From Octopus vulgaris (taxonomy: Eukaryota), in the NCBI GenBank assembly GCA_951406725.2, contig OX597828.1:22258001-22322000 (forward strand): 64,000 bases of DNA, written 5' to 3'. Each line of letters starts with the position of its first letter. The stretch's first letter is position 1. A model generated the notes under the pieces. It searched no databases. It worked only from the letters and a program-made list of their open reading frames with translations, and had not been told where the DNA came from. Positions 13,820-28,478 of this stretch are shown in pieces. Position numbers and translations under genes: made by a program.

Positions 13820-13972
13820 TCTGTGTTTTTGTTGCCCCATCACCGCATGATAACAGATGTTGGTATGTTTACGTCCCCGCAATCTGGGGCCCGTTCGTTC
13901 TACTAAAACCCTTCAAGCTGGTACTCCAGCATGACCGGAGTCAAATGACTGAAACAAAAGAATAAAGAAATA
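13820..13972 (+). mobile_element. SINE-A 3' fragment
   Basis: tggtatgtttacgtcccc...ctccagcatgaccggagtcaaatgactgaaaca. Confidence 0.8.
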
Positions 13973-15522
13973 AAATTCAAACACACTTTTTGGTCAATCC
14001 ACTATTCTATGTGAGTTTACCAGTTTCGCACAGTGTCAAATATTAATTTATTCAATAACCCCTTTAATGGAGTAAAACATAGATACACACAATTTTCGTT
14101 TTAAAATTCATAAAGCCCCATAATATAATTCATATGGTATTGTAAACCCAGTTTTGTGTATTTGGCTTTGAAATTTTACTGTATGTACCCACAATTGGTC
14201 GTTTTCTTGCTGGTACTTGCGGCAGTATTTACCCGGGTGAGGTTGAGCCGGCTTCGACCAACGATTTCATCACGTGCCTAACGAAAAGAGACCACATCCG
14301 ACGGTCAGCCGCTGTCGAGGATAAGTCACTGCTAACATGTCTGTCATACAATCAACACCAGTGACCTATTTTAGCTAAACATGTCCACCATTTTGTAAGT
14401 TCAGTACAATAATATTTGAAACAGGAAAAATTGGCTAATATATCTAGCAAAACGATCGACCGCTTAGAGACTTCCATCGTTTACGCGTTGCTGATATCTT
14501 TAAAGAGGTTGAGTGCGAAGGTTTGCTGATTCTTGTGAAAAATATTACTATTTTTTTAATGTTTTATTTTATTTGACTTTATTTTGTTGATTTGTCATAA
14601 ATCTATGCAAAACAGGAATGCAGAAAAGGTAGAGAAAATATTGATTGGTCTCTCATATATTTATTATTGGTAAGGTGCAGTGGGAGGTTAGAGCTGGTAG
14701 AGGTAGTGTGCTGGTGGTGGTTGTAAGATGGTGGTTGTGTTGGTGTTGACGATAGCATTGGTGGTAGTTGTAACTCGCTAGGTAGGTAGGTAGGATAAAG
14801 GAGGGATGTTATAGAAGGCGGTATTCTGTCAAAGAATTCAAAAGGAGAGATTAAAAGACAGACAAGCGCCCATCACCACCTTAAAACCTAAAATGAAAAT
14901 GAAATTAAAATGAGAAAATATAAAAGTCAATCAAGAAATAAATAAGATGAACACGCAAGAAAGAAAGAAGAACGATGTGTTTCTTCTTTAAATCCTAAAC
15001 ACTCCACACATTTTTATCTTGAAATAAGCTTATGTCAATCTTTATCAATGGCCGCTAATGACGAGTTTTGGCCTCTGAAAATAAAACGGACACGTGTGTG
15101 CGTGAGTGAATCTGTGTATGAGTGAGAGAATTTGTGATTATGTATGTGTGTGTGTGTGTGTGTGTGTAGTGACTTAGAAACCACTTCAGAGATTTGTAGA
15201 ATAATTACAAAACATATTAAAAACACATGCATACGTTGATACGCAGGTGCATACGCGCATTAACACATGCAATCCAAATTCACAAGCGAACCCACACACA
15301 GACAAATACGCACATATACACACATATATACACACACATAATTAGACATATTTTTCCATATGATCTGATAAAAACATACGTAACTTGTGAGAGCTGCTAA
15401 TACATGCGCGCATAAAAATAAAAGGTTGTGTATGTGTGTTTGTGCGTAGGATTGAAAAGGCATGTGTGTCTGCCAGTGTGCCAGTGTGTGTGTTTGTATG
15501 CACTTATATGAATATGTATAGT

Positions 15523-15578
<56 letters not shown>

Positions 15579-15651
15579 ATATATACATATATATATGTAT
15601 ATATATATTTTTTCATTTAAGTATACATATGTATATCTATGCACATGTATT

Positions 15652-15687
<36 letters not shown>

Positions 15688-16116
15688 TGTATATGTGTGT
15701 GTGTGTTTGTGTGTGTTTGAGTATGTATACCTGCATGCATTAATAGATGTGTTAGTAAGCTTACATACGTATGTATTTGCTCTGGTTGAAGGATGTTTGC
15801 ATACATAATGCGTTTTAGGTGTAAAAGAAAAAGAAAATTAAATAAATAAGTAAAATAACCAAAAAAGTATCATTATAGTCAGCATAAGTCACATGAAATG
15901 TTAAAAGGCAATCATATTTATATACACATCCAGTACAACATAAGTATTTGGGGGAAGACACGGATAACACAACCATCAGTAGTTGCAAACAGCTAATTGG
16001 TATGCTAAGTTTGTCTGTGTGTCCCCATGTATGCATGTGTGTGTTTGTGTGTGGGTGTGTAAGAATACAAAACATTTTGACACGAGCAAAACTAATGCGT
16101 ATATATTTTAAATATC

Positions 16117-16390
16117 ATGGTGTAACAGTGAAGGCGTAAGGTCGTGATTTCAATTCTTGGCGACGTGTTGTGTCCCTGAGCAAGACACTTTATTTCACGT
16201 TGCTCTAGTTCACTCAACTGACAGAAATTAGTAATACCTGTATTTCGAATGGCCAGCATTGTCACACTCTGTGTCACGTTGAATCTCCCTGACAACTACC
16301 TTAGGGGTACACATGTCTGCGGAGTACTCAGCACGTTAATTTCACGATCAAGCTGATCCGTTGATCGTTTCTGGTGGAACCCTCAGAGCG
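16117..16390 (+). mobile_element. SINE-D head/CORE + tail 2 (same tail as SINE-C at 45555)
   Basis: gttgtgtccctgagcaagacactttatttcacgttgctctagttcactca matches the 8528-8795 centre. cctgtatttc...gtcacactctgtgtcacg...gttaatttcacg...ggaaccctc matches 45732-45890. Confidence 0.85.
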
Positions 16391-17041
16391 CTCCTTCTTC
16401 TTGATGTAATATTTAACGATTTCAGTCTGCTTAATACTGTATAATAATGGAACAAGGTTTATGGAAAAGAAAATCCGCACAAAAGAGATATCGTAAACAA
16501 ATATCCGATTGCATATTTTCTATGAGTTTTCTCTTTGTTTGGTCTTTGATTTTTCTCATCTTATCAACATGATTACCAAAGTATGATGAGACTGGTATCC
16601 GCAATCACTTATACGTAGCGGAACCTAGACAGTAATTTTTCTATTACTCTCTAGCGAATGAATAGCGAGATCGTGTCACTTATTTAACGGTGCTTCTGCA
16701 AGAACTCAACCCGGAACGCTATTTGAGGACATCTTGTGGTTAATATATAAAACGTATAGTTTTACAGGGAACGTAGAGCCTGACATCGCAAGCCATATAA
16801 ACCAAAACAGTTGTCAGTTAAGAAGGCATTTTATTTAGTAGGGGTCACATCGCAGTCAGTTATAGTCCAAATACCTTGAAGAAATATTTGATAATGTCAG
16901 AGATTGCCTACAACAGAGAAATAAATCGTATATGAATAAGTAAAAAGACGAAAGGAGGATGTCCACTCAGAACTTCACAAAACACATTGAAGAATTCGTT
17001 TTTACGCTTCGTATCTCGAATGGCTTCATAAAATACTAATA

Positions 17042-17281
17042 CAGTAATCTCTCGCCACTTCGCGGTTCACCTGTCGCGCACTCAGTATATTGCGGTTCAC
17101 CTACTGTGCACTTAGTACAACGCGGATATTTCTGGCTTATATATGTAAATTTATATCGTGGATTCCTCGGTATATCCGGGTTTTAATGGCCGATATATAT
17201 TTATATTTTTTTTTATATTTTAATCATTTCTGGTGGGAGTTGGGGTGGAACGTAACACACTCGATAGTTGAGGGATTACTG
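17042..17281. mobile_element. MITE, pogo/Tigger-like
   Basis: TIRs cagtaatctctcg... and ...tgagggattactg. TA on the left flank. Internal duplication of gcggttcacct...gcactyagta. Confidence 0.7.
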
Positions 17282-17562
17282 AAATTCCTTTCTTAAGGCT
17301 TAACACAGGCAGTAATTCTTCACTGGAAGTCGTCGTCCATACACCTAACCAACCGTGTATGTCATGTACATGATGTTATTACTGGACTTCATTGTTTTCT
17401 TTAAAGTGGTTAGTACCATAATATTGTTGCTGTATTCTTCTTGGAATTTTACGCGGTTCAGAGCAGGTTCATATTATGAAATCCATATTAATCACCCTTT
17501 ATACCTTACAGGAATATGTCTTGGCTGTTGTATCATATGTTAGAAATTTCTTTACGTTCTTA

Positions 17563-17970
17563 CTCTTTACTATTTTACTCTTTTACTTGTTTCAGTCATT
17601 TGAAAGCGGCAATGCTGGAGCACCATCTTTAGTCGAGCAAATCGACCCCGGGACTTATTCTTTGTAAGCCCAGTACTTATTCTATCGGATTCTTTTGCCG
17701 AACCGTTGAGTGGTGGAGGCATAAACACACCAGCATCGGTTCTCAAACAATGCTAGGGGGACAAGCACAGATAACAAACACACACGCACATATAAATACA
17801 TATATACGACGGGCTTCTTTCAGTTTCCGTCTACCAAATTCACCTACATGGCTTTGGTCGGCCCGAGGCTAAAGTAGAAGACACTTGCCCAAGGTGCCAC
17901 GCAGTGGGACGGAAACCGGAAACATGTTGTTGGTAAGCAAGCTTCTTACCACACAGCCCCGCCTGCGCCT
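17563..17970 (-). mobile_element. SINE-A, full length
   Basis: Complete reverse-complement copy with 8-bp TSD cgttctta (17555-62 and 17971-78). Confidence 0.93.
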
Positions 17971-18231
17971 CGTTCTTAAGAATTTTTACCAATTTTTGTG
18001 TTCTTCACCGTTTTCGATACTTTGCGTTTATAATGATATAGCAGATATCGTAAAAATTCTTAGGCCCAAAGCTAAACATCAAGTAGTCTTACCTTGTTCC
18101 ATTATATTCCGAACAACATAACTGTGGTGCCCAAAGCGTCTCTTAATCTGCTATTTTACAGCCAAACTATATCTTGGAGGTAAATTTTCACTTTCGTATC
18201 TCCAGTGAGACGAGAAATTGAAAATATCAGT

Positions 18232-18541
18232 CTTTTGTCTGTTACTTATTACAGTCAGTAGACTGAGGCCAAGCTGAGGCACCAACTTGGAGAATCTTTA
18301 GTCGAAAATATCGAGCCCAATATTTACTTTATAGGACTGGTAAGTCAAGCGGTTGTGGGACACAAACACTCACACACTCATGTATATATACGTCGGACAT
18401 TTTCTCTCAATTTCCGTCTACTAAAAGGTCGACCCACGGCTAGTGTATCGGGCTGTTGCACAAAATGCAACGTATTGTGACTGAACGCGGAACCGTGTGG
18501 CTGGGAAGAAGGTTTCTTACCACACAGCCACCACTGCGCCT
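18232..18541 (-). mobile_element. SINE-A, old, internally deleted
   Basis: gactgaggccaagctgaggcacc ... ttcttaccacacagccaccactgcgcct. Confidence 0.78.
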
Positions 18542-18610
18542 ACACATAATGAATACAGTGGGTAAAACCCAAACATCGTCACATTGCATCACATTATCTC
18601 AGCTTCACAA

Positions 18611-18686
18611 GCCGAACCGCTAGGTGACCGCTAAGTGTCAAGCAATGCTAGGGGGACAAACACAGACGCACAAATATACACACACG

Positions 18687-18736
<50 letters not shown>

Positions 18737-18918
18737 TACATATATACTTCTATACAGCAGGCTTCTTTCAGTTTCCGTCTACCAAATCCACTCACAAGGC
18801 ATTGGTCGGCCCGGGGCTATAGCAGAAGATGCTTGCCCAAGATGCCACGCAGTGGGACTGAACCCGGAACCATGTGGTTGGTAAGCAAGCTACTTACCAC
18901 ATAGCCACTCCTGCGCCT
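18611..18918 (-). mobile_element. SINE-A 5' two-thirds (young)
   Basis: High-identity head ending ccactcctgcgcct, with internal (CA)n(TA)n. Confidence 0.92.
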
Positions 18919-19640
18919 ACGTTGCAATTTACATAACTATATTGTTTTGAAATTTAATGTATACAAGCCCAGTTTTTTTTTTCTTGTATTTTAGGCCAAA
19001 ATAAACAAAACTTACATGGAAAGGATTACGGAACGTCTAGACGTTAAAGATAAATGAAGTCAACATCTTTGAAACCAGCGTAGCGAAATTACTAAGAAAC
19101 ACCTTCAAACATCTCGGTAACAGTGTTTGTTGCATGGTGTAATCGATCGAATATTGATAAATACAATCAATTAGTTGCTTCTTTGTCACTAGGGGATTAT
19201 GGTTTAACTTTCGAATAAATACTTGCGCTATCGTATGTGCATACGTCTGTGGTTATATGCAGATATGTTCAAAATTGAGTGTGTATATATTTACGTTTCG
19301 TCTATGCATTATATGTTTGTGTATTCATGTCCGTCTAAAGGTATGTGCGTTGTTGTGTGAATGTTGTTGCTTGCGTTCATGTATGAGTATATACATATAC
19401 ATACATAGAGATATGTATATGTATATATATATACATACATAGAGATATGTATATGTATATATATATATACATACATAGAGATATGTATAAGTATATATAT
19501 ATATATATGTATACATTCACGCACACACACATACATATAATTGTGTGCATATATAAGTGTTTATGTATGTATATAGATTAGACAGTGTGTTCTTCCGTCG
19601 AGTGCTTGTTCGTATGGTTTTATACAATGCTACGGACAAG

Positions 19641-19710
<70 letters not shown>

Positions 19711-20244
19711 TCGTGTGTATGCATGTACATGCATACACACGAACAAACACATACACGAACGCACAGACAAACACGCACACATATGTACACCTATACACAT
19801 ATTCATATATACATATATCAGTCTATACACAATCCCACATGCACACGTACATACACATACACACACACACACTCTTACTCACACATGCTCACATATAATC
19901 TATTTGTTTTATGTCTAATTGAAAGTTTCAGATGTTAGTTTTTGTCTTAATTCCTTGGTTGTACTTTGTTATTGCAGAACATTTTAGCACAAATCAACCC
20001 TCATTATATCGTATTTTTATCTTAAATATTTGCAATTACTTACCGATTCTGAGCTATATAAGTTAGTAGATGTCATGTAGACAGAATTGTTAGCAAAACC
20101 AGACTTTTTATAATGTGTGTTCTAATTTCAAATTTCGTTCATGTCAATTTTATCTTCTTGGTTTTAGGCTATTCATGGCTGTGTGATTACGAAATACGTA
20201 CCCGACTACGGCAAGACTTTGGCTGTGTACTCAAGGTCAACAGG

Positions 20245-20425
20245 TTCAGGGAAAGCGTAAATCGATTAATTTGATCCCAGTGATCAAATGGCCCTTATTT
20301 CATCGATTTCGAAAGAAAGAAGGGCAAAGTCGACTTCGGTGGAATTTGAACTCCACTCGTAAAGACGGACGAAATGCTACCAAGAATTTTGCTCGACCTG
20401 CTAACGATTCTGCCAGCGCACCGCT
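20245..20425 (-). mobile_element. SINE-B
   Basis: ggcaaagtcgacttcggtggaatttgaactc...gctaacgattctgccagc. Confidence 0.82.
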
Positions 20426-21049
20426 TTGGCAGTCTCTAACATTATACTGGTTCCACTTTATGTAGTCGTCTTTTTCCATCACATTATTTTTGTACTCGCT
20501 TATTATTAGTGATTAGTTTGTGGTGATAGTCTTAGATAATCTGTTTCTACTTTTATCATTGAGCTTCTGAAGTATTAATGAACACTACCATTCAAGATAT
20601 TGGTCATGGTGTTGTCGTTCTTACCAATATTTATTTCCAGTATACAAAAGTATTACGTTGTATATACTTCCTTTTGTTTCTTAAACTTTCTCTCTTGTTT
20701 TTTCCTGATCGAATTCTGTTCTTTCCTCTTAGTTATTTTCCTGTTCGACCTTTAACGTTTCTATAAGGAAAGAAAAGATATTTTCCCGATTCACTTGCTT
20801 TTTAGTATGTTCTAATCCTTCTATAATTATTTTGTCGCAGTCTTCTATTTATAACAGACCCCATCCTTCGCATGTAAGATTTATGTATATCAGTCTGTAT
20901 CTTGACTAAAACACTCCCAGTACTTTCTTCTTACCGTTTTTCTCTAAACGAATAACCAGCCTCATCACCTCGAATCACGGTGTCCTTCTTCAGATACTAG
21001 ACACTATTGTTTGTATTGTTAGCTGCCCCTACCAGTATATTTTCAGTCT

Positions 21050-21810
21050 CCTGACTTCCTCTCTCTCGGGTTTTATGTCTCCCTTACCGTTTTTCTTATT
21101 CATCTATTAATTTTACTTTTTCCCATTTTTTGATGTTCTGTTTAACATTAAAAGTTCATATTAATGTTTCATTGCTTATTATCTTCACAAAATTTCCCCC
21201 AAACCTTTCTCTTATCTCTCACGCTTACTTACGCTCTCTCCCTCTCTGAGACTCACAATATGCATTACTGATACCCTCTTCTCTCTCATACCCCTCTCTC
21301 AATTATTCCATTTTCTATCGTTTTTACTACATCCTCTCCGATTTCTCTTTATCTCCCCCTTTCTGAAACTCCACTTTCACTCTTAATTCTCTACCCCTCT
21401 CTCTTTTTCTCTTTATTCTATTTATGTTTCCTCAATCTTCCTTCACCCCTCTCTCTCTCTTTCTCTGAAGCTCCACTTGTATCTTCTCTTCCCTTTTATT
21501 TCTCACTATTTTCTCTCTATCTCCTTTCTATCTATTCCGGCTAACACCACTTTTGTCCTATCTTCTCTCATTCAATCTTTTCACCAGTTTCTATGTCCCC
21601 TCTCTCACATTTTCTCTAAAACGTGTTTATCTACTTCAAGACTTTACTTTCTCTATATTCACTCTCAGTCTCTTGCTCTTAAAATCTTCCCCCTCTCTCT
21701 CTCTCACTCTCTCTCCCTCTCACAATCTATCTTTCCTCTATTTCCTACCTTCCCTCTCTCCAGATATCGCTAACATACGTCTTCCTCCTTTAACTCATTA
21801 CTTTTATTGA
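21050..21810. repeat. Pyrimidine-rich (CT) low-complexity tract
   Basis: Read directly from the sequence. Confidence 0.8.
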
Positions 21811-22752
21811 TAGAATTTTCTCAGCACGGTCACAACTTCAGATGTTTTAAGTTTTACAAAATACATTAAGTATTTTAATCATATAATACAGAAGCTGCCG
21901 AGAACATTATATTAAATACAACAAATAGCTATTAAAACAACGTGACAGAAACTCACATACATACATGCACATATGCATGCACACATCAGTACGTATACAT
22001 ATGTGTGTACATTTATTTGTATGACTCGTTGTGTGAAGTGGCATGGCTCTGTGGTAAAAGTGTTGGCTTTATCATCATAAAGTCACGGGTTCGATTTACT
22101 GACCAGGTTTTCTATCTAGTCCATGAGCAAAAGTAGCCAAATTTAAAACTTCTACCTTAGCCTGAATATCAGGCTAAATGATTATCATCCGGTGGCCGTG
22201 AAAACCTCTAATCAAACTCCACATTCTACCCACAGAAGTTTAGCAGCATAGGTGTCTATATAACTGAAGGTGATTATATAGACTTTAAAAAAACAACTAT
22301 GGAAAGTTTAGAACTTGCTAATAGGTCTTAATCGATAGTAAATAACGACTATACTCCTCTCTGTGTGAGTATATATATATGCACTGAGGTGTGTGTGTGG
22401 GTACGTGTTTGAATATGTATGAGTATAAACCGCAAACATCTGTATACGCAGGCTTACACACATACAAATGGAAACACATGTGTTTACACAAAAATACACA
22501 TATCGTTTTATACACACATTATTGTATTACACAGTAAATAGGATTTCGTGTTATTTTTACATTCACCATATCATAAACACCAGCTTTCTCTCCTTCTACG
22601 CACCCTCTAGTTTTATGTGTTTGGGCATTGTTCAACTTACGATACTATTACATTTTTTTTTGTGAAGTAACATAAAGTAGAAGGAGGGGACACAGATGAA
22701 GAAAGCTTAAAAAAAAAGAAAAAAAGTATTTAAAACGAATATAGGAAATGAA

Positions 22753-22753
22753 A

Positions 22754-22822
<69 letters not shown>

Positions 22823-22833
22823 CATTATTATTA
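22753..22833. repeat. (ATT)n microsatellite
   Basis: Read directly from the sequence. Confidence 0.97.
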
Positions 22834-24044
22834 TCGTCACTCAATGATCCACTAAAAAGAGAAACAACTCGGAAACAAATAATTAATATCAAATATAAAG
22901 CTAAAAATAAAATTGAAATAATTAAATGACAAAATAAAGAAAAACAAGCAAAAAGGAATCATTACGAAGAGATTTATTGGTAGATTAGATGAAGTAAACG
23001 ATGAAGACGAAAAGAACGAAGAACAAAATGGCCAGATACGAATATAACATCTTTTTGTTTTTGCATTTTTAGTTTTGACGGGACAATTAACTAACTTAAA
23101 CTAAATAGATAAATACATAAAGAAGCAACGACGGCAAAAATTATTATTTTTTAATGTATTAAGTAAAAACAAACAACGAAAGAAAAAGTGTAAGTGAAGG
23201 AAAAGAAAAATGGAAGGAAGCAGACGATAGCTATAAAGAGAGAACACGGGGCAAAATCAAATAAGGAAAAAAATATATAATTAAGAAATTAGCTAATACT
23301 ACAATGGAATAGTAGAATAGTGGAACGAATAGTAACATCCAGGAAGACATTAACGGAAAGATTTCGGTTTAATAATAAGATTTAATCAGGAAAAATATTC
23401 TGGCCACTATTTTTGATGATTCAACTTTTAATGATTTTATTACAACTAAAAAAAAATGGTGAAATAGAAATCAATAAAAATAAATAAATGTGTACGAAAA
23501 CCCAACAAAATGTAACTAAAACAATAGAAAAAAACTTAAAAAGGAAAAATAAATAAACAAACCTGTCAATATAAAAAAAGCCAAAAATATACAACCTGAA
23601 CAATACAGGGGAGCAATAATAATGGCGGTTGTGGTTTTCTATCTTGTTTGATTTTGGACGCCATCACTTCAAAATGTTATATTGATCGATAAAAGAAAAT
23701 CTAGGAGACTATTTAGTGTATATGAGAATTTTTTCCCTGTGAGAGTTTGTATGTTTGTGAAATTGTGTATATAAATGTATATGTGTATAGAAGTACACAC
23801 ACACACAGAAAAACACACACACATTTATATATATATATATATATATATATACTATCACACACACACACGCACACACATACAAACGCATATACATATACAT
23901 AGATGCATACAGGCATATATGCATATACACACATATATATATAAATAATATTATGATGTAGAGATATGTATAAATGCATGTTTGCTCATATGTGTGTCGC
24001 CATGTTGGAACACTGAACACAATACATTTTTTTCATTCGCTTTC

Positions 24045-24183
24045 TATTTATTTTCTTGTATTCCTTCCTATCGAAGAGCGTAGGCTCGAAACATAAAGCA
24101 TATTTCCATTTCACGAGCGTCAAACTATTACACTTGCTTGTTCCTACATGTCTTTATCATTGTTTTTCTATGAATTCGAGCTA
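24045..24183 (+). mobile_element. Short interspersed repeat with degenerate hammerhead-like motif (Penelope-like pLTR fragment)
   Basis: ctatcga-a-gagc-gtag-gctc-gaaa-ca-ta-aag at about 24068-24098. Homologous to the reverse complement of 46791-46885. Ends at a TA/TG microsatellite. Confidence 0.6.
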
Positions 24184-24277
24184 TATGTGTGTGTGTGTGT
24201 GTTTGCATTCGTATTTGTGTATTTGTGTTTGTGTGTTTGTGTGTTCTTGTGTGTGTGTGTGTGGGGGGGGGTTGCGC

Positions 24278-24802
24278 GTGTCAAACTCAACACGGAGGCC
24301 TACATCAATTGCTTTGAGGAGGTAGTGCTGCGCTTGTTCAAAAGTATGGCTGTTGGATGGCCCTATATCTGGCAACAGGACTAAGCAACATGCTACACAA
24401 GCAGGAGAATCCTGTCATGGCTGTCAGACAACTTATGTGACCATACCACCCCAAGCATCTGGCCACCTAACTCCCCAGACTGCAACCCCTTGATTATTAT
24501 GTGCGGGGCGCAGTTGAGCGAAAGACCTACAAAACTCCTTGTGACATCAAAAGTGAACCGAAGGCAAGGATTATGGCAACATTCACCAACTGAAACAAGG
24601 GGGCCGTCTTGAAAAGCTGCTGGAGATTAAGAAGTCGTGTGGAGGCCGTGGTTGAAGCGAATGCGATTTTATTGAATAAATGTACATTTTACTATTTCAA
24701 AATATTTTAATGTAATCGTGGTAAATTTATATATTAAAATATGATGTCAGTATTATTTAAATTTTGGGGTTATTTAGACGACAGTTTATTCACCACGCCC
24801 CG
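24278..24802 (+). mobile_element. Tc1/mariner DD37D (maT-like) transposon 3' fragment
   Basis: PYIWQQD*...WPPNSPDCNPLDYY with exactly 37 codons between the two Asp. C-terminus RVEAVVEAN. Ends ...cacgccccg|TA. Confidence 0.88.
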
Positions 24803-25555
24803 TATAATATGTTCGGCTATTTTGTGTACGCATGCGTAATATGTAACAACAAGGGGACCCAGTGATTTCATGCCAAACCTATTTGCCGAAAAATCCGTGA
24901 GCTGAACTTTTTTCAGATATTTGTGGATTTCCGATGTTAATTTTCTTGAAGGACAGCTTATATTGTTATCATTCTACCTCCAGATCATATGTTGCTATGC
25001 CATTATGTACGTTTAATACGTCATGAATAGAATAAGCGTTGTGACGCAGGATGACGAGCAGGATCCCATGAGGAGGCGGCTTTCGGAATTTGGCTGTTAT
25101 CTGTAGGGAGATGGAGTGAAATTACGTAGTTGAGTGTGGTGCGTAGCTTATTTCTTTTTTAGTATGTGATGTTGGAATATATAAAATCTAATCTTGAGTA
25201 GATAACTTCGTTGTTAAGGGCATTAAAAATGTTCATAATATCTATGATTTCTTGGTCAATTCTGTATAATTAGCAACAGAAATGTTCGAGATACACTAGA
25301 GGACGCATGTATATTTTATAGAAGCTTAAACCAGTTCACATAGGAGTTTATATCATATCTCACTGGTGAAATGTCGACTGCACCGATCACTATGATTGAT
25401 GACAAGTGTTATGTTGATGTTTGTTATAAAGAATGACTTCGATAGTGATTGTAATGTTGGTATAGTGTCCAAGTGAAGATAATGGTTTATCTAGTAATTA
25501 AATTCTGCTGTTGTTTAATCCAGGGCTAGTCTTTTAGATTAGATCAACGGGTTCT

Positions 25556-25871
25556 TATTTCTTTACTGCCCCTAAAGGATGAAAGGCAAAGTCGACCCAG
25601 GCGGAATTTGAACTCAGAACGTAGCGGCAGACGGAATACCTATTTCTTCACTACCCACAAGCGGCTAAACACAGAGAGGACAAACAAGGACAGACAAACG
25701 GATTAAGTCGATTATATCGACCCCAGTGCGTAAATGGCACTTATTTAATCAACCCCGAAAGGATGAAAGGCAAAGTCGACCTCGGCGGAATTTGAACTCA
25801 GAACGTAGCGACAGATGGAATACCGCTAAGCATTTCGCCCGGCGTGCTAACGTTTCTGCCAGCTCGCTGCC
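25556..25871 (-). mobile_element. SINE-B dimer with TSD
   Basis: One head plus two body units joined at gaatacc|tatttc (25640/41). TSD ttagattagatc.. at 25534 and 25872. Confidence 0.9.
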
Positions 25872-26227
25872 TTAGATTAGATCCATGGTTTCTGTTTAGA
25901 GTACTGTCCACTTCCACATACGATGCTGTGGTTTGAAGGACAATTGTATCTAAGCTTGGTAAGGTAACGTAATGCATAATATAAAGTATATGTGATAATT
26001 TTATTATTACATTATCGAAACTTATTAAGCAAATTTATAAATAATGACGTTCCGGCCATGATCAGTTCCTTTCTGAAGAGTGCTTCCTATGAATAATGAG
26101 GGCATTGGGAGATTTGTCTGTTATTTCTAGTAAAACGGGTTGTGCCGTACGTCGTCGCACTTTCTGTTAAATGAAATTAAAATAGATATGTTAGGTTCAG
26201 AAATGAAACTGGAGATAATGTTCACCA

Positions 26228-26621
<394 letters not shown>

Positions 26622-27090
26622 TATTGAGTGAGATAGCGTATGCCATCAAAGTGAAACTTGGGTACATTTATGCGAAGCCAAGTATACCCATCTTAACTAC
26701 ACGTCTGATAAGGGTACCCCAGGCACATGCATCACAACTATATGCGCGCGACATTGTGATCTGATATCAGGATAAACAGTGCATGAATTTCCAAGCGGAG
26801 CCCAGATAGAATTTTCTTCTGGTCGAGTAACCCATCCTGTTCAAAAGGTCCCCTGACTAAGGGTTGTTTAAGTATGTTGATCGCAACACCCATTTCTCCT
26901 GTGGTGTATTATCTAAACTCCAAAGAATTCCTTTCAACACATAGCTATGATACCCCCCTCCCCAGTACTTCTGCTTGTAATCAGAGGGGCACATATTGTC
27001 ATCCACCATGGGACATGCTCAACTGTTTAGGGTCAAACAACTCACGAGCAAATCCGTGGTATTGAGTAGAATACTTGCTGTAGCTCATAC
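26622..27090 (-). mobile_element. Unclassified interspersed repeat ending in (AAC/AAT)n
   Basis: Reverse complement matches 33197-33440 (cccttatcagacg...gatgggta...tttgatgrcat...tctcact), and both copies run into AAC/AAT repeats. Confidence 0.78.
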
Positions 27091-27109
27091 TTTAAATATT
27101 GTTATTATT

Positions 27110-27387
<278 letters not shown>

Positions 27388-27735
27388 TCAACTACACTCT
27401 AAACATGTGCGTTGATTTTCATATTATATAAATTTTAACACAAGTTCGGAACGAATTTATGTTATATGATCTGCTGCAGTTGATAATATTTATTTTCGTT
27501 TTATGTTGGTTTTGTTATTATTTCTGCTTTTTTTTTCTGTATATGTTTTGCTTTATATTTAACTTCTTTTTTTTTTAAATATTGTAATCAGTGCTGATGC
27601 TTAGCCGTCATCATTGCACAGGATGTGCGGCAAGTGTTTGCAAAATGTGAAGATTTAAAAAGAACGAAGTATACAAATAAATGTGTGTGATTTTATATGA
27701 TGCATACACACTGACACAGGCATATGAATACATAT

Positions 27736-27739
<4 letters not shown>

Positions 27740-27789
<50 letters not shown>

Positions 27790-27875
27790 TGAAAGAGAGA
27801 GAGAGGTATGATATATATACATGTATATATGTACATGCATGTATATATATATATATATATATATTTGTATATATG

Positions 27876-27933
<58 letters not shown>

Positions 27934-27976
27934 AGCAAGCACATACACATACATACACATATATGCATTTAGATAG

Positions 27977-28029
<53 letters not shown>

Positions 28030-28038
28030 TATATATAA

Positions 28039-28075
<37 letters not shown>

Positions 28076-28220
28076 CATGCAAGCACACGCACAGATACAT
28101 ACACATATATGCATTCAGAGAGAAAGACAAAGATATGATAGATAGAGAGGTACATAGATATATAGATACATAGATAGATAAATAGATAGACAGCCAGATA
28201 GATTGATAGATAGATAAATG

Positions 28221-28257
<37 letters not shown>

Positions 28258-28267
28258 TTAGACAGAC

Positions 28268-28332
<65 letters not shown>

Positions 28333-28335
28333 TTG

Positions 28336-28384
<49 letters not shown>

Positions 28385-28400
28385 ATATATATATATATAT

Positions 28401-28477
<77 letters not shown>

Positions 28478-28478
28478 C
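27740..28478. repeat. (CA)n/(TA)n field followed by (GATA)n
   Basis: Read directly from the sequence. Confidence 0.95.

Noticed and set aside
14170-14530. CpG-rich complex segment resembling an exon
   Set aside because: Only short frames were found on inspection and there is no convincing splice-site pair.
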